Source: Dicyema japonicum
Lineage: Eukaryota > Animalia > Dicyemida
Direction of reading: 5' to 3'
Length of the DNA stretch: 64,000 bases
NCBI GenBank assembly: GCA_011109175.1
Contig: RDEW01000001.1
Span: forward strand, 1,750,360-1,814,359
Positions 12,200 through 23,640 of the stretch are shown piece after piece. Numbering within the stretch: the stretch's first letter is position 1; each line of letters opens with the position of its first letter. The position numbers and the translations under genes were made by a program. Below the pieces are notes generated by a model that saw nothing but the letters and a program-made list of their open reading frames with translations, was not told where the DNA came from and searched no databases.

Positions 12200-13470
12200 T
12201 CGAAGTCGACTAACCATAAGAGACGAGAACGGTAAGCTGATACTGAACACCGAAGAACAAACTGATGCCATCGCGGCTCACATTGAGAAGCTTTTCAACG
12301 TCAAAACCAATAGAAATCAAACCAATTTGATGGAAAGGCCACCCCCCGGAATCACGCCCGAGGAAATCAAAACGGTCTGTCGAAAACTGAAGAATAACAC
12401 AAGTCAAATAGATTCCGGACTACTAAAAATACGGACCCCACTGCCTGTATGACAAAATTGGAAATGAATGTTTTCTTACCAACAGCACTCTACCTCTGGG
12501 TATGGGACTACTAATCCCCATACAAAAAATCAACAAAACCAGAGGACCGCTCAAAAATTTGCGACCCATTATAAAACTAAATTCATTACGCAAAGTCTTA
12601 GCAAACATTGTGCTTGAACAAATAAAAGGAACTGCTTACAAATACCTACTAGATAGTAAAAGTGGTTTTCGAGAAGGGAGATCCACACTGATGCGGTCTG
12701 GAGTCACAGATAATTTCTGAAGACAAAGAGGTCCTGAAACACCTATTAGAAAAAGCACCAGATGTACTAGGGAAATGGTTTTCTTATGTGAACAGAGAGA
12801 AAACAGAACTCACAGAGATAAAAAATTCCAGTACTTATAAAGTCCTAAAAGAGAATGGCGATAAGTAAAAAAACTCGGTACACTTATGGGAGATAGCGAA
12901 GATATTTTACGTAGGAAAACTCTAGCCAATGCTGCGTTATATAAACTGAAGAATCTATGGCTCAATCATCAAAGAGACATCTACACGAAAATGAGAATCC
13001 TATTGTACGACTCATTCATAAAACCCGTACTTTTATAAAAGCTGAACTTGGGAGAATCATCAGCGGATATGGAAAAATAGACTTGTTCCACAAAAGTCAG
13101 CTGAGAAAAATAACAAGAATTACTTGCTTACGAGAATGTCGAGAAATGCTTTATATAGGAGATGCAGCACTAGACCTATCAGTATAGAAGTACTGGAATC
13201 CCGATGGAAGCTCTTCGGACACGTGCTGACGATGGAATTAACATCCCCACTAAATATATCTATGGAAAAATACTATGTTAGTCAAGAAGGCCGCTATCGT
13301 GAAAGACCTAGAACAAGACTGCCAATAGTTTTACAAAAAAGACCTGGTTAATATAAAAAAATTTTAAAACTGCCGACGACCTGGACAACATGAGAGCCTT
13401 GGCTAGGAACAGGGGGCATGGAAAAGGATGACATCTAACATTGTTTCTTTTGCTGCACACGGGGGGCTAT
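12200..13470 (+). mobile_element. RTE-like LINE, internally deleted and frameshifted
   Basis: GLLIPIQKINKTRGPLKNLRPI, SGFREGRST and LESRWKLFGHVL. The 3' part matches 39808-40369. Confidence 0.8.
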
Positions 13471-14089
13471 AAGTAGTATGGCTCTCGTGAAGAGTTTAAA
13501 TAATAATATTATTCATAAAGAGCTAGTCCATCTATTATGGCTGAAAACCCATTATATGGAATATTTTTTGTATTTTAACTTATTTTTTGTATTCCTCCTA
13601 GAATCTTCATTAATAATAGAGCAGATGCTTAAGAAGAGACTTTTTGTCTTTGAATTTGATAATCTATTGAAAAAAAATTTTCCATAATTTTTGAAATAAT
13701 ATGTCACAGTCCAATGGTGTACATAAGCTCCTCGATCGATTTTTTTCCAATTTTAATATATTATTCAGCATAGTTTGGTCAATAAATATAACATTTTTTC
13801 AAGATCTATCCTGTTTTCAATATCTCAAAAAACATCACCAGAATATAGTGAGTCAACATAATGTTTACATTTTATTTTTAAAAATAAATTAAATTTTTTA
13901 TTTAAAGCAATAAAAACTTTGCGCTAATGGATGTAATGACTAACCGGTCGATCGCAATCGAGTGATTTTTAACGATCGATATCCAAATTGCTAATTTACA
14001 ATGCCAAAAATAGCATCGACATAAGCAAGGTTTTTTACATTGTCTGTCATGAGGCCCTTCTGAAACAAATTCATTGATTTAAAGTATCT

Positions 14090-14520
14090 TATGCCTGTAT
14101 AAATGTATCAGAGATTTCCCAAGCGAACGAGTGTAGTTTGTAAAATATCGACTGTACGCCTCATTGAATTTTTCCCAACAAAAGAAATTTTCCCGCTTGG
14201 GTTGCACGCTACATGGTTCAAAGAATGTGAACCTACTCCGTTATCTGGACGTAATATTCGACCTCAGAGAAGATATTGATGCTAAGAAGAAGAAAGCTTT
14301 TCAAGCAAGGCTATATCTTGGACATATGTGAATTTGGAGGATACTTTATTTTTATTTATATGGTCTATTTTTCATATGGCTGCTAAGGGTGGCATTTTTC
14401 TCAGAGGAAGGAATTTTTTTGCTAGAAAAACGAGGAGATCAGCGATTAAGTTCGCATTAACCATGAAACTCAAAGTGATTGAGATCGAGAGAAACTACAA
14501 GACCAGTGAAAGAGGCAAAG
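14090..14520 (+). mobile_element. LINE C-terminal relic (family of 43670-44600)
   Basis: LRYLDVIFD and KKKAFQ motifs, degenerate. Confidence 0.45.
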
Positions 14521-14719
14521 AAAAAGATACTTGTCTTAGGCGATAGTGAATAAAAGTTATTCGGACATATTAACGACTTGTATTGGTAGTCCTAAGGGTG
14601 ACTCAGTCTTGCCAGTACTCAGAAATTTATATGGAGGCTGCTTTGGAGGGGGTAGTTACCTAAAAGAACATCTATTAGAATTAATATATGCAGATTTTCT
14701 GTCAGCCGATGTGAATAGA

Positions 14720-15050
14720 ACAGATGCCCACGTGGGTTTATGAAAATTGGAAGTTAGTAAAAAGTTCTGCAGGCTTCTTGAAAATAAATTCTGGACAATT
14801 AATAAAATGTGGAACATTTGGACGCGTAAAAAGCACTTCTCTTTATTTTCAAGTGCGTTTATTTATACCACAACCCTACTCTATAACTCTGGAATGTGGA
14901 GAATGCCGAAAACAGATTTTGAGAGACTTGGCGGATGTCACAGAAATCAGCTACGAAAATCGTAGGCGTCTACCAACCGAAGATTATAAAATACGGGACT
15001 CTACAAGGTCATGCAAATGGGGACCGACAATCAATTTTATTATAAGAAAA
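14720..15050 (+). mobile_element. RTE-like LINE C-terminal relic
   Basis: TLLYNSGMW..DFERLGGCHRNQLRK. Confidence 0.6.
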
Positions 15051-16029
15051 TAGAACTAGGGCTTCATGGACGACTCATTTCTATCTGTGTGTATCTCATT
15101 TTGGTCAATAAGTCTCATCCATGGTTGTATCTGTCTATGACAACAATAGGGTGAATCGGTCTATCATATTCATTGTCCTCTTCATAGAACATTAACCAAT
15201 GGTCAGTTAGCCTGTAGGTGGAAATGTCTCAGCTTAGGTTGTATTTGAGCTCTTGTTACGCTTGATGAAATGATGAATTCAGGAGACATTGGGTGCATAA
15301 AGTTTAAAAACAGAGAAGGGTTGGACACATTATGCTCTGAAATTCTCGTCTGGAACAAAATTGTGGAACCTAAACGAATTTCTTTTGAAGGGGATCAAGG
15401 AATTTACAAAGTATTAATTCTCCAATTTTCTTAATAATATGATTTGCCATGATTCTTTTGAACACACATATAAGTATCATATATCTCACTACTCTCCCGT
15501 TGGATTTATCGTAGACAGGTAAAAAGTAAATATCAACTACCATTTCATTTCAATGTACGTATATCTCATTTTTATCGTTAGGTCTCACAAGAACCACAAA
15601 GCGTCAATTGGCCATGTAAGAAAAGGTTCCCTAAGTTATTTGAATACTAATATTTTAGGATCTCTGATATTCTCAACGCCAGGTCTACAATTTCAGAGGG
15701 AGTCTCAGCAATCAAGTCATGTGAAGGTTAAAAAATTTATCATCGGAGACTATGACAGTAAATGTCTTTATTAGCAGTTATATGGTTAGCTCACTACAAT
15801 CATATACCCAAAGTTTCAGGACACACTATCCTTGTCAAAGTTCCCTCAGCACGTGCAGTAAAGATTCAAACGAAGAGAATACTTGTAGCGTACATTAAAC
15901 AATCTTTAACGAGCTCATCAACTCGTGGACCATTAGGAACACTCTGATAAATTTAAATCCACAATGACAAAATACCGTTAGTTTTAAAAAACGTGGGAAA
16001 GATCCTCAATTAGTCCTTACGGTCTTCAC

Positions 16030-16560
16030 GCTTTTTCCTGCCGAAGGAGTGCTGAAAGAAGTCCTAGACACGCCGCAATCAATGGAGGTATTCCTAAGGG
16101 GACTTGAGGCTGCCAGATTTCTTGTCCAATTGGAGCCGCTTGGACTTGCTCAAGCCAACCGAAGACCGGACGGAACCAGTCTCTTCCCATACGAGAATTG
16201 TAAGTACCTTGCCTGGGACGCCACCTGTGTAGACAACCTATCTCCCTCCAACCTTTTAACGGCAACAAGCTCTGCTTCGCAGAAGGCTGAAACCCTAAAG
16301 TAAAAAATACGCATGTCTTTGAGGACAATTCATCTTCGAATCAGTGACAGTCGAAACGACAGAAATCATTGGAAGCAGGTCACTGACCCTGCTAAACAGG
16401 ATCAACTCGCTCATTGCGAAAAAGAAAAAAAATAGGAGAGAAAGGAGCTTGCTGATTGAGCGCATTTCCTTGCAAATCATTAGAGGAAATGCGTTTTCAA
16501 TTATGAGAGCAGCCAGCAGTTGTTAACTGTTAGTTTTTGCATTTAAATAAAATTTGTTGT
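16030..16560 (+). mobile_element. CRE-clade retrotransposon 3' fragment (RLE domain)
   Basis: EPLGL..RRPDGTSLFPY..LAWDATCVD and RISLQIIRGNA. Confidence 0.75.
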
Positions 16561-16699
16561 TTTTTTAAATTATTTATTTAAAAATATATTTATTACATGG
16601 TAAACCTAGTTTCAAATATGGCCCATCAACGCGCTGTTCTTATGTCTTGTCGTTGTTGACCTATTTATAATTTTTTATTATGTATTATTGCTTTAATAT

Positions 16700-17035
16700 T
16701 CCTAGTTAATTTAATCCAAGATATATTTGAATATGTTATATTGTCCAATTAAGTCGTGTCCGACCCTTGGAGATCTCATGAACGAGTTTCCTCCACTCTC
16801 CCCGATCCGTTGCAATTTGAGTAGCCTTGATATAAGCATTCCCGTGACGTCTTCCACCGTGGATAGACACCGAGTCCTCGGTCGGCCAGGTCTTCTCTTC
16901 CCAGTAATATTGCTCAGCATAATGGTTCTTTCCTGTGAATCAGAGCGGACAACATGCCCAAAGAACGCCAATCTGTGTTTTACGATTCTTCCTTCTAGCG
17001 AAATGTCAGTCTCTACCCGTTTGAGTACATCGATG
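16700..17035 (-). mobile_element. RTE (BovB-like) LINE 3' fragment
   Basis: FFGHVVRSD..ERTIMLSNITGKRRPGRPRTR. Confidence 0.7.
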
Positions 17036-18379
17036 TTTTTTTATTTTGGAAGTCCAATATATTTGAATATACATTTATATATCTATATTATTGAGGTAAG
17101 TTAATAGTGACGAAGGCTGTTACCAAAGTGTTTTCGATAAATATTTTGCTAATTCATTGTTTGCTTATCGTATACACTATTCTGACTAATCAATATATTC
17201 AAGATATATCAATGTGTCATTCAATATTGAGTATTTCTATATGGGAATTTATTACATATATTCAATATTTTTTTATTTTGACATCCCAAGACCTCAGTAA
17301 CACCAAACAGTGCTCCAGATGGTTCATCAGAGTCTTTATCTTCATCCTGCCTACTATCCGGACCGATATTCAATACATTCTCAGCACTCGATAAAGCTGA
17401 ACTGCCTCTTCGACATTTCCTCAATCCTTCTCATATTCGTCCAATGAAGTGATATGAAAATTTCAAAAGACCACGATAACTCAAACTTACTTCTCAAGTG
17501 ATCGTGACAAGTTCAATTGAGACCTTTAACTGCTGTCATAAGGTATCAGGCAATTCGACATTATAAAAACATTTAAAATCTAATTTTCACAATTTTGTGC
17601 AATCAATTACCTCAGCTGGATTACGTAATGAATTATTCAATTTTATTAAAAAAATGTTATGATAATTAATTGAAAAGAAAGATCAAAGAATGTTCTCCAT
17701 TTTTTTGGTGTATGTCCTTATTTCTTTTTGTCGTTTCCTCAGTGAAAATTTTTACTAGTTACCCTCATGAAACTCTGAACGAAGTTTTTATAATGAAAAA
17801 TCCCAATAACCTGCTTTTTAAAACAGATGGTAGAAGCCTCCAATGTTCCCCCAAAAGTTCATTAAAATAAATGAAAACAAAATATAATTATTAGATCCGC
17901 TTTTTAGCGAATTTTGGCCTTTCGGGAAGAGTATGAATATGAGGATTTATGGCTGGCAGTTCGTGAGCCTTATACAGTCTAACATCCATTTGAAACACCA
18001 AGTGTTCTAAAAGTAGATGTTGTTTTAAAAATAGAGGTTACTCCAAAAATCGTACAAAAATTGTTATTATTGAGTACATCACTATACTTCGTTGATTAAA
18101 CACCTTAGAATTTAATGGAAAATTAACATTGTTTAAAGTAATCAGTATTTTTTTGTCCATAACCATATTTAAATTTTAAATTCCTCATGAATAGTTTTTT
18201 CTAAAATCATAAAAATCTTTAAGACAATCTGGCAACATACCCTCATCAACCAACTTCTCCAAGATATCGAAAAGTCTCTCCTCGTGTATTGGACATGTCC
18301 ATGCCAAGGATGCCAGTAGCCCCCTTGTACTTTTGATCTGTTGCACAAAGCCATCGATGTCCCCAGACCACATCAGCTG

Positions 18380-18800
18380 TAGATCTCCCTGAATGATCGT
18401 CAGTGAAACATAAAAAATCTATTAAGATGTAGAATAACTCCACAATCCAGTGGCTGAAGTATAGGGGTTGTATTTTTAGGTAGGAAAAATAATTATATGT
18501 TAGAGAATTCCAGATTATTATGAGGCTCTGCATAACCATCCCTTTGAAGCCTTAAAATTTTAAGTAAGATTTTTTTGGATTAAAGGTCCGGAAATGGGAA
18601 CGTTTTGTTTTCTTGGGTGTTGAAATACATCCAACACTTTTGAATCCAAAAGTTTATGCTTTTCAATAGTGACTGACTTTAAAGTCTATGTATTTGGATA
18701 AATCTGTCCATTTTTTTTGTTACTGGAACAATGTTTCTCTTGATTCTAGAGATTGTTCCGATACTTGTGTCAAACATTCTCGCGAGTTTTCGAATTGAAT
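18380..18800 (-). mobile_element. pogo/Tigger transposase relic with internal deletion
   Basis: CENP-B HTH motif QNVPISGPLIQ..FKASKGWL joined almost directly to the DDE_1 motif FLPKNTTPILQPLDCGVI. Confidence 0.75.
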
Positions 18801-19830
18801 GCTCCATTTTGGAAGAAGTTTAGCAATTTCAACTTTTGTATCGTAGTTTAAGCCCACAAAAGGTGTAGATAACTTTAAGACAAGCAAAAAATGAACAAAA
18901 ATCTACAGGTGATTTAAAAATTAATTGTAGTAAAATATAGAAACAGTAAAATGTAATAATTATAAATGCTCCAAAACGAGGTCTTTTTTGTAAGGATTTT
19001 ATTAATTTTCTAATAAAATTTTCGAAGTGTTCCAAATCCCGAGGGTGTATCAAAACAGAGGTGTTCCGAAAAGAGGTTCCAAAAGAGGTTAGACTGTAGT
19101 ACTTGCACGAATTGACTAAAAATTTCCATCTGTTAATATAACAAATCATTCACCTGAATTGGGTTTTCAGCGTTCACTGAAGTTTGAACCAACACATGAC
19201 TAAATAATGAAAACAAAGTCTGATTAAGTGATGACTTTCAAATTCTCTGACTTTGTGAGTTCTTCCAAAAAGTCAAACAACCGAATGCTTTGAAGGTGGA
19301 ATCGATCGGAAATCTGTTCTATTAAATTTGCTTACAAGAAATATGGCGATAATCGTCCGTGATGCGGTAATGACATGTCCGTTAAGAAAGTCATCCTCAA
19401 GAATATCCATTATGAATTCAATACCAGCAAAATTTAACAGACAAGCCACGTTCTCAGGCACCAATTCAGGAGGGAACATTACACATGAAACCATTTTACT
19501 AATCAGCTCTCTTATTACTTGATAGGTTTGGGTGGGACCGCCCGTTGTGAGTGAAAACTGATAACCGTTGATAGTTGGAAGAAGTATACATGACCTCTTC
19601 AAGACTCTCAGGTATCGTGTCATTCGAATGCCACAGAATCTGTCCTACCGTGTCAACCAGGATCACTTCTATAGTGGAATCCAAATATTACGTAGAGCAG
19701 CCTGGCCGTCTCACATTTAGACAAATATGTAGTAGCCATTATAAATTATTCCAGATGGTTTTCCTTAGTAATGAGCAACTTTATGACGAATTCTCGAAGT
19801 CGCAGTTGCTCGGACATTGAGTAGTCCACG
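18780..19830 (-). pseudogene. Possible decayed micro-intron gene of unknown family
   Basis: Long open segments (ORF 19273-19623) can be linked by 23-24 nt GT-AG candidates, but several in-frame stops remain. No family recognised. Confidence 0.25.
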
Positions 19831-19859
19831 CCATCTAGCAATTTTTTTATTAATTACTG

Positions 19860-20515
19860 TTTATTTCTTCGAATGCAGATCGTTCCAAAAAAAAGTGGCA
19901 GCTTTAATAATTCTTTGACATTTAAATCGGAAACCCACTTGTTTGGTGTGTACACAAGAAATTTCAGTGATGCATACAAGCTTTCACCCCATTCTAATGT
20001 TATGGGAGACACAATTGACAGTGGGAAACCCTGAGCATTTTTCTTGTTTAAAAAGTGTAATTTCCACCACATCTAATGTTGACATGAATCGGTATAAAGA
20101 GAAAATTGCAGGATTTCTACGACAGTTTGAGACACGTTTCGATATTTTCCGTGAACTTGAAAATGAATTTACTGTTTTTCGATCGCCATTAACTGCAAAT
20201 ATTACACATCTTGCATCCAAGTTACAATTGGAAATTGTTGATTTGAAATGTGACTCAGATCTGAAGAATAAATTCAACATGGTAGGCTGTGGTAGGCCTA
20301 GGCAGCTTTTATTAATATCTCTTGCCGAAGTATCCCAACTTAACAGCCCTAGCTGCGAAGATTTTGTCCATGTTTGGGAGTACATGTCTATGTAAACAAC
20401 TGTTCTCTTTAATGTTCCCTTTATGACAAAACAAGATTTCGTTCAAGGCTCACACTCTCATCTAAGTGAAATTCTAAGATTGACAGTAACTCAGGATTTT
20501 ACACCAGAAATTACG
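19860..20515 (+). mobile_element. hAT (SPIN/Charlie-like) transposase derivative, left part
   Basis: N-terminal KPTCLVCTQEISV fused to the C-terminal LWETQL..ELENEFTVFRSP..LQLEIVDLKCD..YPNLTALAAKILSMFGST. Confidence 0.8.
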
Positions 20516-20853
20516 CTATTTTTTTATTTTATTTATTTAACCCAGGACCACGGTAAAACAAAACTAATTATCACGTGATCCCGATGCATTTTAACAAAGA
20601 CCTCATCTTTGCCCGTCGTTCTTCCTTCGTGCCCGCGCATGAACGTACAGGACGGCTGCCTGAATAATCAGGGCCAATTTTCCGTGATCTGGAGTCAAGT
20701 CTCATAAGGGCCTCCAGAGGCGTAGGTCCGGGTCGATGATCTTCACAAATCCAACGCTCCGTTACTCTGTAAGCCCTCTTTTGCATTTCCTCAATTTTCC
20801 TCATATTTGTCCAAGATATGGACGGACCCCACGAGGCGCATGCATATGAGAAA
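20516..20853 (-). mobile_element. jockey/CR1-like LINE 3' end with A-rich tail, inserted in the hAT
   Basis: Homologous to 45960-46285 (SWGPSISWTNMRKI). Tail GATCACGTGATAATTAGTTT..AAATAAATAAAATAAAAAA. Confidence 0.75.
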
Positions 20854-22878
20854 CATTGAGGACTTTAATTAAAAATATTTAGCCAGATTAAAAATTAACA
20901 GTAAAATTTTAGCAAATTTCTAAATTTAAAATTTAACCAAATTACTAAATTTAAAATTTATAATATGGTAAACCTATTATAAATAGATTATGTGTTATGC
21001 ACATTTTTGTGGTTTAGTTTGTAGTTTAGATGAACTGCTAATTACCTTCAAGGAGATTATTTTTTGGTTTTTTCTTATGTATATACTTCAATATCATAAA
21101 TCTGATCTTCTATTAGTGCTGGAGGGCTATTGGAAGAATGTTATTGTCGAACATTCTGTCAATTTGTGAATTTGCTTTATTCCTGCACTAATCAGACTAT
21201 ATTATGTATTTTCACATATTCATGATATTGAACAAATATATATTAGTTTAAATCAACATTTAATTTTATACTGAAGATTTTTTAGCTTCAATCAATATTG
21301 AATTTTACACACAGAATAATAAATGAATCCTTTTGTGAACTATTGTTTTTCAGTGAAGTGAGTCTTTTGTGAATTATCTAATAGAATTGATCCTACCAGT
21401 TATATTAGACATTGGTATGAAGGCATGGTTTTCACTAATTTACTTCTCTTGTCATAATTGAGATCCATGTTTCTAAGGATCCATTTATCTGATTTTCATT
21501 ATTATATTAGTCGACTTGATTGATGGGAGTTTACCTTATAATCGCTAAGGAGACCAATTGGATAATCTATTTTTGCAACAGATAAAGTTACCGAGGGAAA
21601 TAACCAAATCTTGCTTTTTCAATCACCAAAAAATATAAATCTTGATATGTAGATATTTTATGGTACTTGGTCATGTGAAGGATTTTTTTAATTACATCAT
21701 ATTTTTGTTGTTGATCAATGGATAAATAAATTACATCATAGTTTGTTGTATTTTGTTCGATAATATAATCGATTTTTTATTGTTAATACATTCGTATCCC
21801 AGTCTTTGTATTATAGACATAATCTACAATATCAATTATTTCTATGCTATATTCTTATATCTTTTTTCATTATTATTCTCCTGTTTTTATATATTTCTGA
21901 CACTTATTTTCTGTGTGTTCTGCGCTGGATTTCGTATCTCCAAAAGTTGTGGCTAAAATATTACAATAATTACCTTGAATTCCCTGAGTTTATTTACAGA
22001 ATCCCTCGCGGATAAAATTTCGCCAGTGTATAACTCCCAGTTATACTTACCGGTTTTGATGGCTTTTTTGCAATGCTGCTCAATATTTAAGTTATATTAA
22101 CTGGAATACACAGAAAACTCTTATCTAATGTTGAGAATGAGCATTAAGTTTTGCTAATTTTTTCAATAAGAAAGTTCAATTAGGATTCAATTTTTATTAT
22201 TAAATAGAAAAATTATGGATAATTAAAAGTTAAGTTTTTTTTGGTTTTTTAATTAATTATTCTTGATTTGGCCGGTTCTATCTTTTTTTACCATTATCTG
22301 TTTTTGGGTCGTATACTGGTCTGGGGCCTTTTATGAACTCCGGTGTTTGATGAATAAGTCGTGACTAAAATATTTACAATAATTACCTGTATTCCCTGAG
22401 TTTATTTACAGAATCCCTTGTCGACGAAATTTCATCGGTGTATAACTCCTAATAATACTTATCGGTTTTTGATGGCTTTTTTTGCAATGCTGCTCAGTTA
22501 TCCCCTTGGAATAGTATTGACTCCATAATTCCTAAAATTAATGCTTACTCTTCCTCCTCTGTGTTCAAAACTAAACGGAATCTTCATAGCAGTCTTATAT
22601 AACAGTCGGCTGGTTTTTAATTTTTCTGGCAGATTGTGTTTGTGCTTGATTATGTTGAATTTTTATAAAAATTTCGTCAGTATAATAACTCCCAGTTATA
22701 CTTATCGGTTTTGATGGCCTTTTTGCAATGCTGCTCAGTTATTCCGCTTGGATAAAAGTATCGACTCCCATAATTTCTTTGTGTTTAAATTATAAGGCTT
22801 CTTTATAGTTGTCTTATATGGCATCTTTATGTTATTTTTATGCCAGTTTCACGTGATTTAATTTTAGTTGACGTATTT
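20854..22878 (-). pseudogene. La-module cassette copy C4: mosaic with three RRM exon copies plus 3' region
   Basis: Inverted matches to 3215-3400, 55900-56465 and 3500-4732 in series. Micro-introns GTAGAGTAAGCATTAATTTTAG-like and GTAATTATTGTAAATATTTTAG are retained. Confidence 0.75.
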
Positions 22879-23062
22879 ACATCTGTGGAAAGGGATGCCG
22901 ACCTTGTATAACTTCAAGGTGACTGTCTTCCTTCCCAATTTTTTTGTCCGAGGTAAATAGTGACGTATACGACTTCTCTGCATTTACCACGAGCCGGTTT
23001 TCCATTATCCAGGCATTAAGCCTGTCCAGGATAATTTGTATTCTTTCTGTGGCCCTCTGGAT
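22879..23062 (-). mobile_element. Upstream half of the LINE whose 3' end is at 20516-20853
   Basis: Homologous to 45760-45930 (LDRLNAWIMEN..NAEKS). Confidence 0.75.
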
Positions 23063-23290
23063 TATGAAGAAAAAAAGATGTCAAGTTTCAGGAACATATT
23101 TTAATTATAAAAATTAATAAATTTGTTTGTTAAATATTTTTAAAATTATAAAAAATTTTAAAAATCAAAATATTATAAAAATCATAGTATGAATCAAATA
23201 TCATGTCAAATCAAAAATTAAAAGTCCGGCCCGCGGGAATCCAAAATTTTTTTTAATCCGCCCCGCGAAGAAATGTGTTTGACACCCCTG
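23063..23290 (+). mobile_element. hAT element right part and terminus
   Basis: KKKRCQVSG continues the transposase C-terminus. The element ends GGCCCGCG..TTTGACACCCCTG followed by ATCTAGAT, a Charlie-type target. Confidence 0.75.
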
Positions 23291-23454
23291 ATCTAGATAA
23301 GCTTATTTTTATAGTCAAATTTAATCAATTCTCCAAGGAAGTGGACTGGATGATAGCGGGTCGTCAGAATAGGCGAAAAATCTTCTCTCCCAAAGATAGG
23401 ATTGGCTCTTTCTAGAACAGAATCATAGAACAGAACTCATGCCATACAAAAACA

Positions 23455-23640
23455 GAAAATTCTTTGAACGTCATCCAAATCAACATAAATGGCTATACAC
23501 ACAATCCACTGAATTTTTTGCCTTTCTTGCCAACCACAAAATTGATATTACCTTCTTACAGGAAACGAAACTATCCAGAAAATCAATTCTTCAAGAAAAT
23601 TCAAGTTTGAAGACAACTCAAATTGTCCGCCTTTACCGTA
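23455..23640 (+). mobile_element. LINE APE endonuclease N-terminal fragment
   Basis: LNVIQININGY..IDITFLQETKL. Confidence 0.6.

Noticed and set aside
13930-13990. hAT-MITE-like CGGTCGATCGCAATCGA motif
   Set aside because: No matching terminus or TSD was found, and it is too short to call.
17100-17420. Minus frame whose only stops are TGA, suggesting TGA=Trp or a NUMT
   Set aside because: The adjacent frame is more protein-like, the TGAs arise from TTG-AAT type junctions, and no mitochondrial protein is recognisable.
18780-19830. Stop-codon reassignment to explain in-frame TAA/TAG
   Set aside because: Conserved genes here terminate at TAA (Rho, NCKX, GID8), TAG (ATP6V1H) and TGA (RPS17, Post2), so the standard code applies and these stops are pseudogene lesions.
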